Assembly (NCBI RefSeq): GCF_009914755.1
Contig: NC_060940.1
From: the human T2T-CHM13v2.0 reference genome, Homo sapiens
Direction: 5' to 3' (one strand)
DNA: 64,000 nucleotides
In this document: piece after piece, positions 30,001-45,372 of the stretch
Position numbering within the stretch: the first letter of the stretch is position 1
How the letters are laid out: each line of letters starts with the position of its first letter
Notes under the pieces: model-generated
Told to the model about the DNA's origin: nothing
Databases searched by the model: none
Seen by the model: the letters and a program-made list of their open reading frames with translations, nothing else
Made by a program: the position numbers and the translations under genes

Positions 30001-33000
30001 AGTTCATTAGATGATTCCATTCGATTCCATTTGATGATGATCCCATTCGAGTCTATTCAGTGATACCATTCGTTTCCATTCCATGATGATTCCATTCCAT
30101 TCCATTCAATGATTCCATTCGATTCCGTTTGATGATGATTTCATTCGAGTCCATTTGATGATTCCATTTGATTCCATTCGATGATGATTCCATTCGAGTC
30201 CATTCGATGATTCTATTCGAATCCATTTGATGATTTCTTTTGATTATAGTTGGTGATGATTCCATTGGAGTCCATTCAATGATTCCATTCTATTCCAATC
30301 GATGATGATTCCATTAGAGTCCATTTAATGATTCCATTTGATTCCAGTCTCTGATGATTACATTCGAGTCCATACGATGATTCCACTCAATTCCATATGA
30401 TGATGATTCCATTTGATTCCATTCGGTGATTCCATTCTATTCTATTCAATGGTGATTCCATTCGAGTACATTAGATGATTCCATTCGATTCCATTCAATG
30501 ATGATTCTATTTGTGTCCCTTAGATGATTCCACATGATTCCATTAGATGATGATACTATTTGAGCCCATCCAATGATTCCCTTCGATTCCATTCGATGAG
30601 GATTCAATTCGATTCAATTCATTGGTGATTCTATTCAATTCAATTCTTTGATTCCATTCCATTCCATTCGACAATGATTCCATTCGATTTCTTTCAATGA
30701 TTCCACTCGATTCCACTTGACATTGATTCCATTCGATTCCATTCAATGATTCCATTTGATTCCAGTGGATGATGATTGCCATCGATTCCATTCGATCACT
30801 CCATTCTATTCCATTTGATGATGATTACATTCGATTCCATTTGATGATTCCATCTGATTCTATTCGAGGATTCCATTTGATTCCATTCGATGATGATTCC
30901 ATTCGAGTCCATTCGATGATTTCATTCGAGTACATCCAATGATTCCATTCGAGTCCATTAGATGATTCCATTTGATTCCATTTGAAAATGATTCTACTAG
31001 AGTCCATTCAATGACTCCATTCGAGTCCATTCAACAATTCCATTCGACTCCATTCGATGATTCCATTCGATTCCATTTGATGGTTCCATTCGAGTCCATT
31101 TAATCATTACAGTCGAGTCCATTTGGTGATTCCACTGGATTTCTTTTGATAATGATACCATTCAATTACATTTGATGATGATCCCATTCAATTTCATTTG
31201 ATGATGATTCCATTAGAGTCCATTCGATGATTTCATTCGAGTCCCTTCATTGATTCCATCCGATTTCATTGGATGATGACTCCATTCGAGTCCATTCGAT
31301 GATTCCACTCGATTCCATTAGATGACTCCATTGGAGTCCATTTGATTGTTCCATTCGATTCCATTCGATTCCTTTCGAAGATTATTCCATTTGAGTCCAT
31401 TCGATGATGATTCCATTCCATTCCATTCGATGATTCCGTTTGATTCCATTCGATGATTCCCTTCGATTCCTTTCTTTGATGATTCCATTCCATTCCATTC
31501 AATGATTCCATTCGAATCTATTCCATGATGATTCCTTTCGATTCCATTCGCTGATGTTTCCGTTCAATTCCATTCGATGATGATTCCATTCGATTCCATT
31601 CATTGAGGATTCCATTTGATTCCATTCAATGATGATTCCATTCTATTCCATTCAATGATTGCATTCAATTCCATTCAATGATTATCCCATTAGAGTAAAC
31701 TCAACGATTCCATTCAATACCATTCGATGATGATTCCTTTTGAGTCCATTCAATGATTTCATTCAAGTCCATTTGATGATTCCTTTCAATTCCATTCTAT
31801 GATGATTCCATTCGAGTCCATTCGATGATTCCATTCGATTGCATTCGATGATTCCATTATATTCCATTCAACGGTGATTCCATTCGAGTCCATTCCATGA
31901 TTCCATTAGAGTACATTTAATGATTGCCTTGTTTTCAATTCGAAGATGATTACATTGGATTCCATTCTATGATACCATTCGATTCCATTCAATGATGATT
32001 CCACTCAAATCCATTGGATGATTCCATTCATGTCCATTCGGTGATTTCATTAGATTCCATTCGAGGATGATTCCATTCGATTCCATTCGATGATTCCATT
32101 CAATTCCATTCGATGATGATTCCATTCCAGTCCATATGATCATTCCATTTGATTTCATTCGATGATGATTCCATTCGATTCCATTCGACGATTCCATTCT
32201 ATTCCATTCGATGATGATTCCATTCGAGTCCATTCGATCATTCCATTCGAGTCCATTTAATGATTCCATTGGGTTCAATTCAATGATGATTACATTGGAT
32301 TCCGTTCTATGATTCCATTCAATTCCATTCATTGACAATTTGATTCCATTCGATGATGATTCCATTTGAGTTCATTCGATGATTCTATTCGATTCTCTTC
32401 GATGGTGATTCAATTCTATTATATTGGATGATTCCATTCGATTCCATTTGATGTTGATTCAATTCGATTCTATTCGATGATGATTCCATTGGATTTCACT
32501 TGATGATTCTATTCGATTCCATTCAATGATGATTCACTTCTCGTCCATTGGATGATTCCATTTCATTCCATTCGATGATGATTCCATTCGATTCCATTCG
32601 ATGATTCCATTTGATTCCATGCGACGGTGAGCAATTCGATTCAATTCCATGATGATTCTATTTGATTCAATTAGATGATGTTTCCATTCGAATCCATTCC
32701 ATGATTATTCCATTGGAATCCATTCGGCGATGATTCCATATGAGTCAATTCAATGATGATTCCATATGGGTCCGTTCGATGATAATTCCATTTGATTTCA
32801 TTCGATGCTTCTATTCTATTCCAGTCGATGATGATTCCGTTGGAGTCCATACGATGATTCCATTTGATTTCATTTGATGATGATTCCATTCGATGAGGAT
32901 TACATTGGATTCCATTCTATGATTCCATTCAATTCCATTCGTTGATGATTCGATTCCATTCAATGATGATTCCATTTGAGTTCATTCGATGATTCTATTC

Positions 33001-33171
33001 GATTCCGTTCGATGGTGATTCAATTCTATTATATTGGATGATTCCACTCGATTCCATTTGATGATTATTCCATTGGAGTCCACTTAGTGAATCCTTTAGA
33101 TTCTACTCGACGATGATTCCATTCGAGTCCATTCGATGATACCATTCAATTCCATTCGTTGATGCTTCCAT
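27060..33171 (+). repeat. Full-length HOR copy (6112 bp, variant Y)
   Basis: Landmark spacing is 6112. Confidence 0.9.
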
Positions 33172-36100
33172 TCAAGTGCATTCGATGATATCATTCGATT
33201 CCATTTGATGATAATTCCATTTGATTCCATGCGATGATTCTATTCGATTCCATTCAATGATAATTCCATTCAATTCAGTGATTCCTCTGGACTCCATTTG
33301 ATGATGATTCCATTCAATGATTCCATTCGATTCTATTCGAAAATGATTCCATTTGAATCCATTTGATGATGATTCCATTAGATTCCATTTGATGATTCCA
33401 TTCGATTCCATTCGACGATGATTCCATTCGATTCCGTTTGATGATTCCATTCTATTCTATTCGATGATGATTCCATTCGATTCCATTCGATGATGATTGG
33501 ATTCGATTCCATTTGATGATTTCATTTGATTCCATTCGTTAATGATTTCGATCAATTCCATTCGATGATTCCATTCGATTCCATTCGATAATGATTACAT
33601 CCGAGTCCATTCGATGATTCCCTTTGAGCCTGTTCGATAATTCCATTTGAGTCCAACCAATGATTCCATTCATTTCCATTCAATGATTCCATTCGAGTCC
33701 ATTTGATCATTCCGGTAGGGTCCATTCGATGTTGATTCCATTGGAGTGCCTTCGATGATTCCATTCGAGTCCATTTTAGGATTTGATTCGAGTCCTTTCG
33801 ACGATTCCATTCAATTCCACTCGATGATGATTTCATTCGAGTCCATTCGACACTTCCAATCGATTCCATTTGATGATTCCATTCGAGTCCAATTGATGAT
33901 TCCATTCAATTCCATTCGATGATGATTCCGTACGATTCCATTCTGTGATGATTCCATGTGATTGCATTCAATGATGATTCCTTTCGATTGCATTCGATTA
34001 TGATTCATTTCGTGTTCATTCTATGGTTCCACAGGTTTCCATTCGTGTCCATTCCATTATTCCATTCTATTCCATTTGATGATGATTCCATTCGATTCCA
34101 TTCATTGGTGATTCCACTCAATTCCATTCAATGATTCCATTCCATTTCTTTCAACAATGATTCCATTAGTTTCTAATCGATGATCCACTTGATTCCATTT
34201 GACGACGATTCCATTCTTGTCCATTCGATGATTCCATTTGATTCCATATGATGATGATTCCATTCGATTCCATACCATGATGATTCCATTCGAGTCCATT
34301 CAATGGTGATTCCATTCAATTCCATTCGATGATTCCTTTTGATTCCATTCGATGATGATGGCATTCGATTCCTTTCAATCATTCCCTTTGATTCCATTCA
34401 AAGGTGATTTCATTCAAGTCCATTCGATAATTGCATTCGATTCCATTCTATGATGATTCCATTCGAGTCCATTTGATGATTCCATTCAATTCAAGTCAAT
34501 GATGATTCCATTCGATTCCATTCGATGATTCCATTGGATTCCATTCGATGATGATTCCATTCAAATCCATTCGATAATTCAATTCAAGTCCATTCGATGA
34601 TGATTCCAATCGAATCCATTCAAAGATTCCATTCAGTTCCATTCGATGATTCCCTTAGATTCCATTCGATGATTCCACTTGATTGCATTTACGATGATTC
34701 CATTCGATTCCATGTGATGATTCCATTCAATTCTATTCAATGATGTCTCCATTTGATTCCATTCGACCATGATTGCCTTTGATTCCATTCAATGATTCCA
34801 TTCGGTTCCGTTTGATGATGATTCCGTTCGATTCCATTTGATGATTCCATTTGATTCCATTGGATGAGTCCATTCGATTACATTCGATGATTATTCCATT
34901 CGAGTGCATTAGATGATTCCATTCGAGTCCATTCGATGATTCCATTCGATTCCATTCGATGTTGATTCTGTTCAAATCCATTCGATGATTCCACTCGATT
35001 CCATTCGTTGACTCCATTTGATCCCATTTGATGATTTCCTTTGATTCCCTTTGATGATCATTCCATTTGATTCAATTCGGTGATTTCATTTGATTCCATT
35101 CAGTGATGTTTCCATTCGACTCCATTCGATGATGATTCCATTCGACTCCATTCGATTATGATTTCATTCAATTCCATTCGATAATGATTCCCTTCGAGTC
35201 CATTCGATGATTCCATTCGATTCCATTCAACGATGATTTGATTCGTGTCCATTCGATGATTCCATTTGATTCCACTTGATGATGATTCCATTCGAGTCCA
35301 TTTGATGATTCCATTCAATTCCATACTCCGATGATTTCTTTTGAGCCCACTCAATGCTTCCACTCGATTCCATATGATGATGACTCCATTCGATGAAATT
35401 CGATGATGATTCCATTCGCTTGCTTTCGATGATGATTCCACTTGAGTCCGTTAGAAGATTCTATTCAATTACATTCCATGACGATTCCGTTCGAGTCCAT
35501 TTGATGATTCCATTAGACTCCATTCGACGATGATTCCATTCGATGTTATTCCATGATTCCATTCGATCTCATTCGATGATGATTCCATTCAACTCCATTC
35601 GATGTTTCCATTCGAGTTCATTCTATTATTCCATTAGATTCCATTCGATGATGATTCCATTCGATTCCATTTGATGATTGCATTCTATTTCATTTGATGA
35701 TGATTCCATTCGAGTCCACTCGATGATTCCATTCGAGTCCATTTAATGAATCCATTGGTTTCAATTCTATGATGATTACATTGGATTCCATTCGTTGATG
35801 ATTTCATTCGGTTCCATTCAATGATGATTCCATTCAATTCCTTTCAATGTTTCCATTCAATTCCATACGATGATGATTCCATTTGATTTGATTCGACAGT
35901 GAGCCATTCGATTCAATTCCATGATGATTCTATTTGATTCAATTGGTTGACATTTCCATTCGATTCCATTCGATGATGATTCCCTTTGATTCCGTTCCAA
36001 GATGATTCCATTCTAGCCCATTCAATCATTCCATTCGATTCTATTCAATGATGATTCCATTCATGTCGATTTGGTGATTCCATTTGACTTCATTTGATGA

Positions 36101-39100
36101 TGATTCCTTTCAAGTTCATTAGATGATTCCATTCGATTCCATTTGATGATGATCCCATTCGAGTCCATTCAGTGATTCCATTCGTTTCCATTCCATGATG
36201 ATTCCATTCCTTTCCATTCAATGATTCCATTCGATTCCGTTTGATGATGATTTCATTCGAGTCCATTTGATGATTCCATTTGATTCCATTCGATGATGAT
36301 TCCATTCGAGTCCATTCGATGATTCTATTCGAATCCATTTGATGATTTCTTTTGATTATATTTGGTGATGATTCCATTGGAGTCCATTCAATGATTCCAT
36401 TCTATTCCAATCGATGATGATTCCATTAGAGTCCATTTAATGATTCCATTTGATTCCAGTCTCTGATGATTACATTCGAGTCCATACGATGATTCCACTC
36501 AATTCCATATGATGATGATTCCATTTGATTCCATTCGGTGATTCCATTCTATTCTATTCAATGGTGATTCCATTCGAGTACATTAGATGATTCCATTCGA
36601 TTCCATTCAATGATGATTCTATTTGTGTCCCTTAGATGATTCCACATGATTCCATTAGATGATGATACTATTTGAGCCCATCCAATGATTCCCTTCGATT
36701 CCATTCGATGAGGATTCCATTCGATTCAATTCATTGGTGATTCTATTCAATTCAATTCTTTGATTCCATTCCATTCCATTCGACAATGATTCCATTCGAT
36801 TTCTTTCGATGATTCCACTCGATTCCACTTGACATTGATTCCATTCGATTCCATTCAATGATTCCATTTGATTCCAGTGGATGATGATTGCCATCGATTC
36901 CATTCGATCACTCCATTCTATTCCATTTGATGATGATTACATTCGATTCCATTTGATGATTCCATCTGATTCTATTCGAGGATTCCATTTGATTCCATTC
37001 GATGATGATTCCATTCGAGTCCATTCGATGATTTCATTCGAGTACATCCAATGATTCCATTCGAGTCCATTAGATGATTCCATTTGATTCCATTTGAAAA
37101 TGATTCTACTAGAGTCCATTCAATGACTCCATTCGAGTCCATTCAACAATTCCATTCGACTCCATTCGATGATTCCATTCGATTCCATTTGATGGTTCCA
37201 TTCGAGTCCATTTAATCATTACAGTCGAGCCCATTTGTTGATTCCACTGGATTTCTTTTGATAATGATACCATTCAATTACATTTGATGATGATCCCATT
37301 CAACTTCATTTGATGATGATTCCATTAGAGTCCATTCGATGATTTCATTCGAGTCCCTTCATTGATTCCATCCGATTTCATTGGATGATGACTCCATTCG
37401 AGTCCATTCGATGATTCCACTCGATTCCATTAGATGACTCCATTGGAGTCCATTTGATTGTTCCATTCGATTCCATTCGATTCCTTTCGAAGATTATTCC
37501 ATTTGAGTCCATTCGATGATGATTCCATTCCATTCCATTCGATGATTCCGTTTGATTCCATTCGATGATTCCCTTCGATTCCTTTCTTTGATGATTCCAT
37601 TCCATTCCATTCAATGATTCCATTCGAATCTATTCCATGATGATTCCTTTCGATTCCATTCGCTGATGTTTCCGTTCAATTCCATTCGATGATGATTCCA
37701 TTCGATTCCATTCATTGAGGATTCCATTTGATTCCATTCAATGATGATTCCATTCTATTCCATTCAATGATTGCATTCAATTCCATTCAATGATTATCCC
37801 CTTAGAGTAAACTCAACGATTCCATTCAATACCATTCGATGATGATTCCTTTTGAGTCCATTCAATGATTTCATTCAAGTCCATTTGATGATTCCTTTCA
37901 ATTCCATTCTATGATGATTCCATTCGAGTCCATTCGATGATTCCATTCGATTGCATTCGATGATTCCATTATATTCCATTTAACGGTGATTCCATTCGAG
38001 TCCATTCCATGATTCCATTAGAGTACATTTAATGATTGCTTTGTTTTCAATTCGAAGATGATTAAATTGGATTCCATTCTATGATACCATTCGATTCCAT
38101 TCAATGATGATTCCACTCAAATCCATTGGATGATTCCATTCGTGTCCATTCGGTGATTTCATTAGATTCCATTCGAGGATGATTCCATTCAATTCCATTC
38201 GATGATGATTCCATTCCAGTCCATATGATCATTCCATTTGATTTCATTCGATGATGATTCCATTCGATTCCATTCGATGATTCCATTCTATTCCATTCGA
38301 TGATGATTCCATTCGAGTCCATTCGATGATTCCATTCGAGTCCATTTAATGATTCCATTGGGTTCAATTCAATGATGATTACATTGGATTCCGTTCTATG
38401 ATTCCATTCAATTCCGTTCATTGACAATTTGATTCCATTCGATGATGATTCCATTTGAGTTCATTCGATGATTCTATTCGATTCTCTTTGATGGTGATTC
38501 AATTCTATTATATTGGATGATTCCATTCGATTCCATTTGATGTTGATTCAATTCGATTCTATTCGATGATGATTCCATTGGATTTCACTTGATGATTCTA
38601 TTCGATTCCATTCGATGATGATTCACTTCTCGTCCATTGGATGATTCCATTTCATTCCATTCGATGATGATTCCATTCGATTCCATTCGATGATTCCATT
38701 TGATTCCATGCGACGGTGAGCAATTCGATTCAATTCCATGATGATTCTATTTGATTCAATTAGATGATGTTTCCATTCGAATCCATTCCATGATTATTCC
38801 ATTGGAATCCATTCGGCGATGATTCCATATGAGTCAATTCAATGATGATTCCATATGGGTCCGTTCGATGATAATTCCATTTGATTTCATTCGATGCTTC
38901 TATTCAATTCCAGTCGATGATGATTCCGTTGGAGTCCATACGATGATTCCATTTGATTTCATTTGATGATGATTCCATTCGATGATGATTACATTGGATT
39001 CCATTCTATGATTCCATTCAATTCCATTCGTTGATGATTCGATTCCATTCAATGATGATTCCATTTGAGTTCATTCGATGATTCTATTCGATTCCGTTCG

Positions 39101-39260
39101 ATGGTGATTCAATTCTATTATATTGGATGATTCCACTCGATTCCATTTGATGATTATTCCATTGGAGTCCACTTAGTGAATCCTTTAGATTCTACTCGAC
39201 GATGATTCCATTCGAGTCCATTCGATGATACCATTCAATTCCATTCATTGATGCTTCCAT
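33172..39260 (+). repeat. HOR copy lacking one 23-bp monomer (6089 bp, variant Y)
   Basis: Spacing is 6089. The 23-mer gattccattcgatgattccattc is missing at ~38181-38190 relative to 32068-32101. Confidence 0.88.
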
Positions 39261-42200
39261 TCAAGTGCATTTGATGATATCATTCGATTCCATTTGATGA
39301 TAATTCCATTTGATTCCATGCGATGATTCTATTCGATTCCATTCAATGATAATTCCATTCAATTCAGTGATTCCTCTGGACTCCATTTGATGATGATTCC
39401 ATTCAATGATTCCATTCGATTCTATTCGAAAATGATTCCATTTGAATCCATTTGATGATGATTCCATTAGATTCCATTTGATGATTCCATTCGATTCCAT
39501 TCGACGATGATTCCATTCGATTCCGTTTGATGATTCCATTCTATTCTATTCGATGATGATTCCATTCGATTCCATTCGATGATGATTGGATTCGATTCCA
39601 TTTGATGATTTCATTTGATTCCATTCGTTAATGATTTCGATCAATTCCATTCGATGATTCCATTCGATTCCATTCGATAATGATTACATCCGAGTCCATT
39701 CGATGATTCCCTTTGAGCCTGTTCGATAATTCCATTTGAGTCCAACCAATGATTCCATTCATTTCCATTCAATGATTCCATTCGAGTCCATTTGATCATT
39801 CCGGTAGGGTCCATTCGATGTTGATTCCATTGGAGTGCATTCGATGATTCCATTCGAGTCCATTTTAGGATTTGATTCGAGTCCTTTCGATGATTCCAAT
39901 CGATTCCACTCGATGATGATTTCATTCGAGTCCATTCGACACTTCCAATCGATTCCATTTGATGATTCCATTCGAGTCCAATTGATGATTCCATTCAATT
40001 CCATTCGATGATGATTCCGTACGATTCCATTCTGTGATGATTCCATGTGATTGCATTCAATGATGATTCCTTTCGATTGCATTCGATTATGATTCATTTC
40101 GTGTTCATTCTATGGTTCCACAGGTTTCCATTCGTGTCCATTCCATTATTCCACTCTATTCCATTTGATGATGATTCCATTCGATTCCATTCATTGGTGA
40201 TTCCACTCAATTCCATTCAATGATTCCATTCCATTTCTTTCAACAATGATTCCATTAGTTTCTAATCGATGATCCACTTGATTCCATTTGACGACGATTC
40301 CATTCTTGTCCATTCGATGATTCCATTTGATTCCATATGATGATGATTCCATTCGATTCCATACCATGATGATTCCATTCGAGTCCATTCAATGGTGATT
40401 CCATTCAATTCCATTCGATGATTCCTTTTGATTCCATTCGATGATGATGGCATTCGATTCCTTTCAATCATTCCCTTTGATTCCATTCAAAGGTGATTTC
40501 ATTCAAGTCCATTCGATAATTGCATTCGATTCCATTCTATGATGATTCCATTCGAGTCCATTTGATGATTCCATTCAATTCAAGTCAATGATGATTCCAT
40601 TCGATTCCATTCGATGATTCCATTGGATTCCATTCGATGATGATTCCATTCAAATCCATTCGATAATTCAATTCAAGTCCATTCGATGATGATTCCAATC
40701 GAATCCATTCAAAGATTCCATTCAGTTCCATTCGATGATTCCCTTAGATTCCATTCGATGATTCCACTTGATTGCATTTACGATGATTCCATTCGATTCC
40801 ATGTGATGATTCCATTCAATTCTATTCAATGATGTCTCCATTTGATTCCATTCGACCATGATTGCCTTTGATTCCATTCAATGATTCCATTCGGTTCCGT
40901 TTGATGATGATTCCGTTCGATTCCATTTGATGATTCCATTGGATTCCATTGGATGAGTCCATTCGATTACATTCGATGATTATTCCATTCGAGTGCATTA
41001 GATGATTCCATTCGAGTCCATTCGATGATTCCATTCGATTCCATTCGATGTTGATTCTGTTCAAATCCATTCGATGATTCCACTCGATTCCATTCGTTGA
41101 CTCCATTTGATCCCATTCGATGATTTCCTTTGATTCCCTTTGATGATCATTCCATTTGATTCAATTCGGTGATTTCATTTGATTCCATTCAGTGATGTTT
41201 CCATTCGACTCCATTCGATGATGATTCCATTCGACTCCATTCGATTATGATTTCATTCAATTCCATTCGATAATGATTCCCTTCGAGTCCATTCGATGAT
41301 TCCATTCGATTCCATTCAACGATGATTTGATTCGTGTCCATTCGATGATTCCATTTGATTCCACTTGATGATGATTCCATTCGAGTCCATTTGATGATTC
41401 CATTCAATTCCATACTCCGATGATTTCTTTTGAGCCCACTCAATGCTTCCACTCGATTCCATATGATGATGACTCCATTCGATGAAATTCGATGATGATT
41501 CCATTCGCTTGCTTTCGATGATGATTCCACTTGAGTCCGTTAGAAGATTCTATTCAATTACATTCCAGGACGATTCCGTTCGAGTCCATTTGATGATTCC
41601 ATTAGACTCCATTCGACGATGATTCCATTCGATGTTATTCGATGATTCCATTCGATCTCATTCGATGATGATTCCATTCAACTCCATTCGATGTTTCCAT
41701 TCGAGTTCATTCTATTATTCCATTAGATTCCATTCGATGATGATTCCATTCGATTCCATTTGATGATTGCATTCTATTTCATTTGATGATGATTCCATTC
41801 GAGTCCACTCGATGATTCCATTCGAGTCCATTTAATGAATCCATTGGTTTCAATTCTATGATGATTACATTGGATTCCATTCGTTGATGATTTCATTCGG
41901 TTCCATTCAATGATGATTCCATTCAATTCCTTTCAATGTTTCCATTCAATTCCATACGATGATGATTCCATTTGATTTGATTCGACAGTGAGCCATTCGA
42001 TTCAATTCCATGATGATTCTATTTGATTCCATTGGTTGACATTTCCATTCGATTCCATTCGATGATGATTCCCTTTGATTCCGTTCAAAGATGATTCCAT
42101 TCTAGCCCATTCAATCATTCCATTCGATTCTATTCAATGATGATTCCATTCATGTCGATTTGGTGATTCCATTTGACTTCATTTGATGATGATTCCTTTC

Positions 42201-45200
42201 AAGTTCATTAGATGATTCCATTCGATTCCATTTGATGATGATCCCATTCGAGTCCATTCAGTGATTCCATTCGTTTCCATTCCATGATGATTCCATTCCT
42301 TTCCATTCAATGATTCCATTCGATTCCGTTTGATGATGATTTCATTCGAGTCCATTTGATGATTCCATTTGATTCCATTCGATGATGATTCCATTCGAGT
42401 CCATTCGATGATTCTATTCGAATCCATTTGATGATTTCTTTTGATTATATTTGGTGATGATTCCATTGGAGTCCATTCAATGATTCCATTCTATTCCAAT
42501 CGATGATGATTCCATTAGAGTCCATTTAATGATTCCATTTGATTCCAGTCTCTGATGATTACATTCGAGTCCATACGATGATTCCACTCAATTCCATATG
42601 ATGATGATTCCATTCGATTCCATTCGGTGATTCCATTCTATTCTATTCAATGGTGATTCCATTCGAGTACATTAGATGATTCCATTCGATTCCATTCAAT
42701 GATGATTCTATTTGTGTCCCTTAGATGATTCCACATGATTCCATTAGATGATGATACTATTTGAGCCCATCCAATGATTCCCTTCGATTCCATTCGATGA
42801 GGATTCCATTCGATTCATTTCATTGGTGATTCTATTCAATTCAATTCTTTGATTCCATTCCATTCCATTCGACAATGATTCCATTCGATTTCTTTCGATG
42901 ATTCCACTCGATTCCACTTGACATTGATTCCATTCGATTCCATTCAATGATTCCATTTGATTCCAGTGGATGATGATTGCCATCGATTCCATTCGATCAC
43001 TCCATTCTATTCCATTTGATGATGATTACATTCGATTCCATTTGATGATTCCATCTGATTCTATTCGAGGATTCCATTTGATTCCATTCGATGATGATTC
43101 CATTCGAGTCCATTCGATGATTTCATTCGAGTACATCCAATGATTCCATTCGAGTCCATTAGATGATTCCATTTGATTCCATTTGAAAATGATTCTACTA
43201 GAGTCCATTCAATGACTCCATTCGAGTCCATTCAACAATTCCATTCGACTCCATTCGATGATTCCATTCGATTCCATTTGATGGTTCCATTCGAGTCCAT
43301 TTAATCATTACAGTCGAGTCCATTTGGTGATTCCACTGGATTTCTTTTGATAATGATACCATTCAATTACATTTGATGATGATCCCATTCAATTTCATTT
43401 GATGATGATTCCATTAGAGTCCATTCGATGATTTCATTCGAGTCCCTTCATTGATTCCATCCGATTTCATTGGATGATGACTCCATTCGAGTCCATTCGA
43501 TGATTCCACTCGATTCCATTAGATGATTCCATTGGAGTCCATTTGATTGTTCCATTCGATTCCATTCGATTCCTTTCGAAGATTATTCCATTTGAGTCCA
43601 TTCGATGATGATTCCATTCCATTCCATTCGATGATTCCGTTTGATTCCATTCGATGATTCCCTTCGATTCCTTTCTTTGATGATTCCATTCCATTCCATT
43701 CAATGATTCCATTCGAATCTATTCCATGATGATTCCTTTCGATTCCATTCGATGATGTTTCCGTTCAATTCCATTCGATGATGATTCCATTCGATTCCAT
43801 TCATTGAGGATTCCATTTGATTCCATTCAATGATGATTCCATTTTATTCCATTCAATGATTGCATTCAATTCCATTCAATGATTATCCCATTAGAGTAAA
43901 CTCAACGATTCCATTCAATACCATTCGATGATGATTCCTTTTGAGTCCATTCAATGATTTCATTCAAGTCCATTTGATGATTCCTTTCAATTCCATTCTA
44001 TGATGATTCCATTCGAGTCCATTCGATGATTCCATTCGATTGCATTCGATGATTCCATTATATTCCATTCAACGGTGATTCCATTCGAGTCCATTCCATG
44101 ATTCCATTAGAGTACATTTAATGATTGCTTTGTTTTCAATTCGAAGATGATTACATTGGATTGCATTCTATGATACCATTCGATTCCATTCAATGATGAT
44201 TCCACTCAAATCCATTGGATGATTCCATTCGTGTCCATTCGGTGATTTCATTAGATTCCATTCGAGGATGATTCCATTCGATTCCATTCGATGATTCCAT
44301 TCAATTCCATTCGATGATGATTCCATTCCAGTCCATATGATCATTCCATTTGATTTCATTCGATGATGATTCCATTCGATTCCATTCGATGATTCCATTC
44401 TATTCCATTCGATGATGATTCCATTCGAGTCCATTCGATGATTCCATTCGAGTCCATTTAATGATTCCATTGGGTTCAATTCAATGATGATTACATTGGA
44501 TTCCGTTCTATGATTCCATTCAATTCCGTTCATTGACAATTTGATTCCATTCGATGATGATTCCATTTGAGTTCATTCGATGATTCTATTCGATTCTCTT
44601 CGATGGTGATTCAATTCTATTATATTGGATGATTCCATTCGATTCCATTTGATGTTGATTCAATTCGATTCTATTCGATGATGATTCCATTGGATTTCAC
44701 TTGATGATTCTATTCGATTCCATTCAATGATGATTCACTTCTCGTCCATTGGATGATTCCATTTCATTCCATTCGATGATGATTCCATTCGATTCCATTC
44801 GATGATTCCATTTGATTCCATGCGACGGTGAGCAATTCGATTCAATTCCATGATGATTCTATTTGATTCAATTAGATGATGTTTCCATTCGAATCCATTC
44901 CATGATTATTCCATTGGAATCCATTCGGCGATGATTCCATATGAGTCAATTCAATGATGATTCCATATGGGTCCGTTCGATGATAATTCCATTTGATTTC
45001 ATTCGATGCTTCTATTCTATTCCAGTCGATGATGATTCCGTTGGAGTCCATACGATGATTCCATTTGATTTCATTTGATGATGATTCCATTCGATGATGA
45101 TTACATTGGATTCCATTCTATGATTCCATTCAATTCCATTCGTTGATGATTCGATTCCATTCAATGATGATTCCATTTGAGTTCATTCGATGATTCTATT

Positions 45201-45372
45201 CGATTCCGTTCGATGGTGATTCAATTCTCTTATATTGGATGATTCCACTCGATTCCATTTGATGATTATTCCATTGGAGTCCACTTAGTGAATCCTTTAG
45301 ATTCTACTCGAGGATGATTCCATTCGAGTCCATTCAATGATACCATTCAATTTCATTCGTTGATGCTTCCAT
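39261..45372 (+). repeat. Full-length HOR copy (6112 bp, variant Y)
   Basis: Landmark spacing is 6112. Confidence 0.9.
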
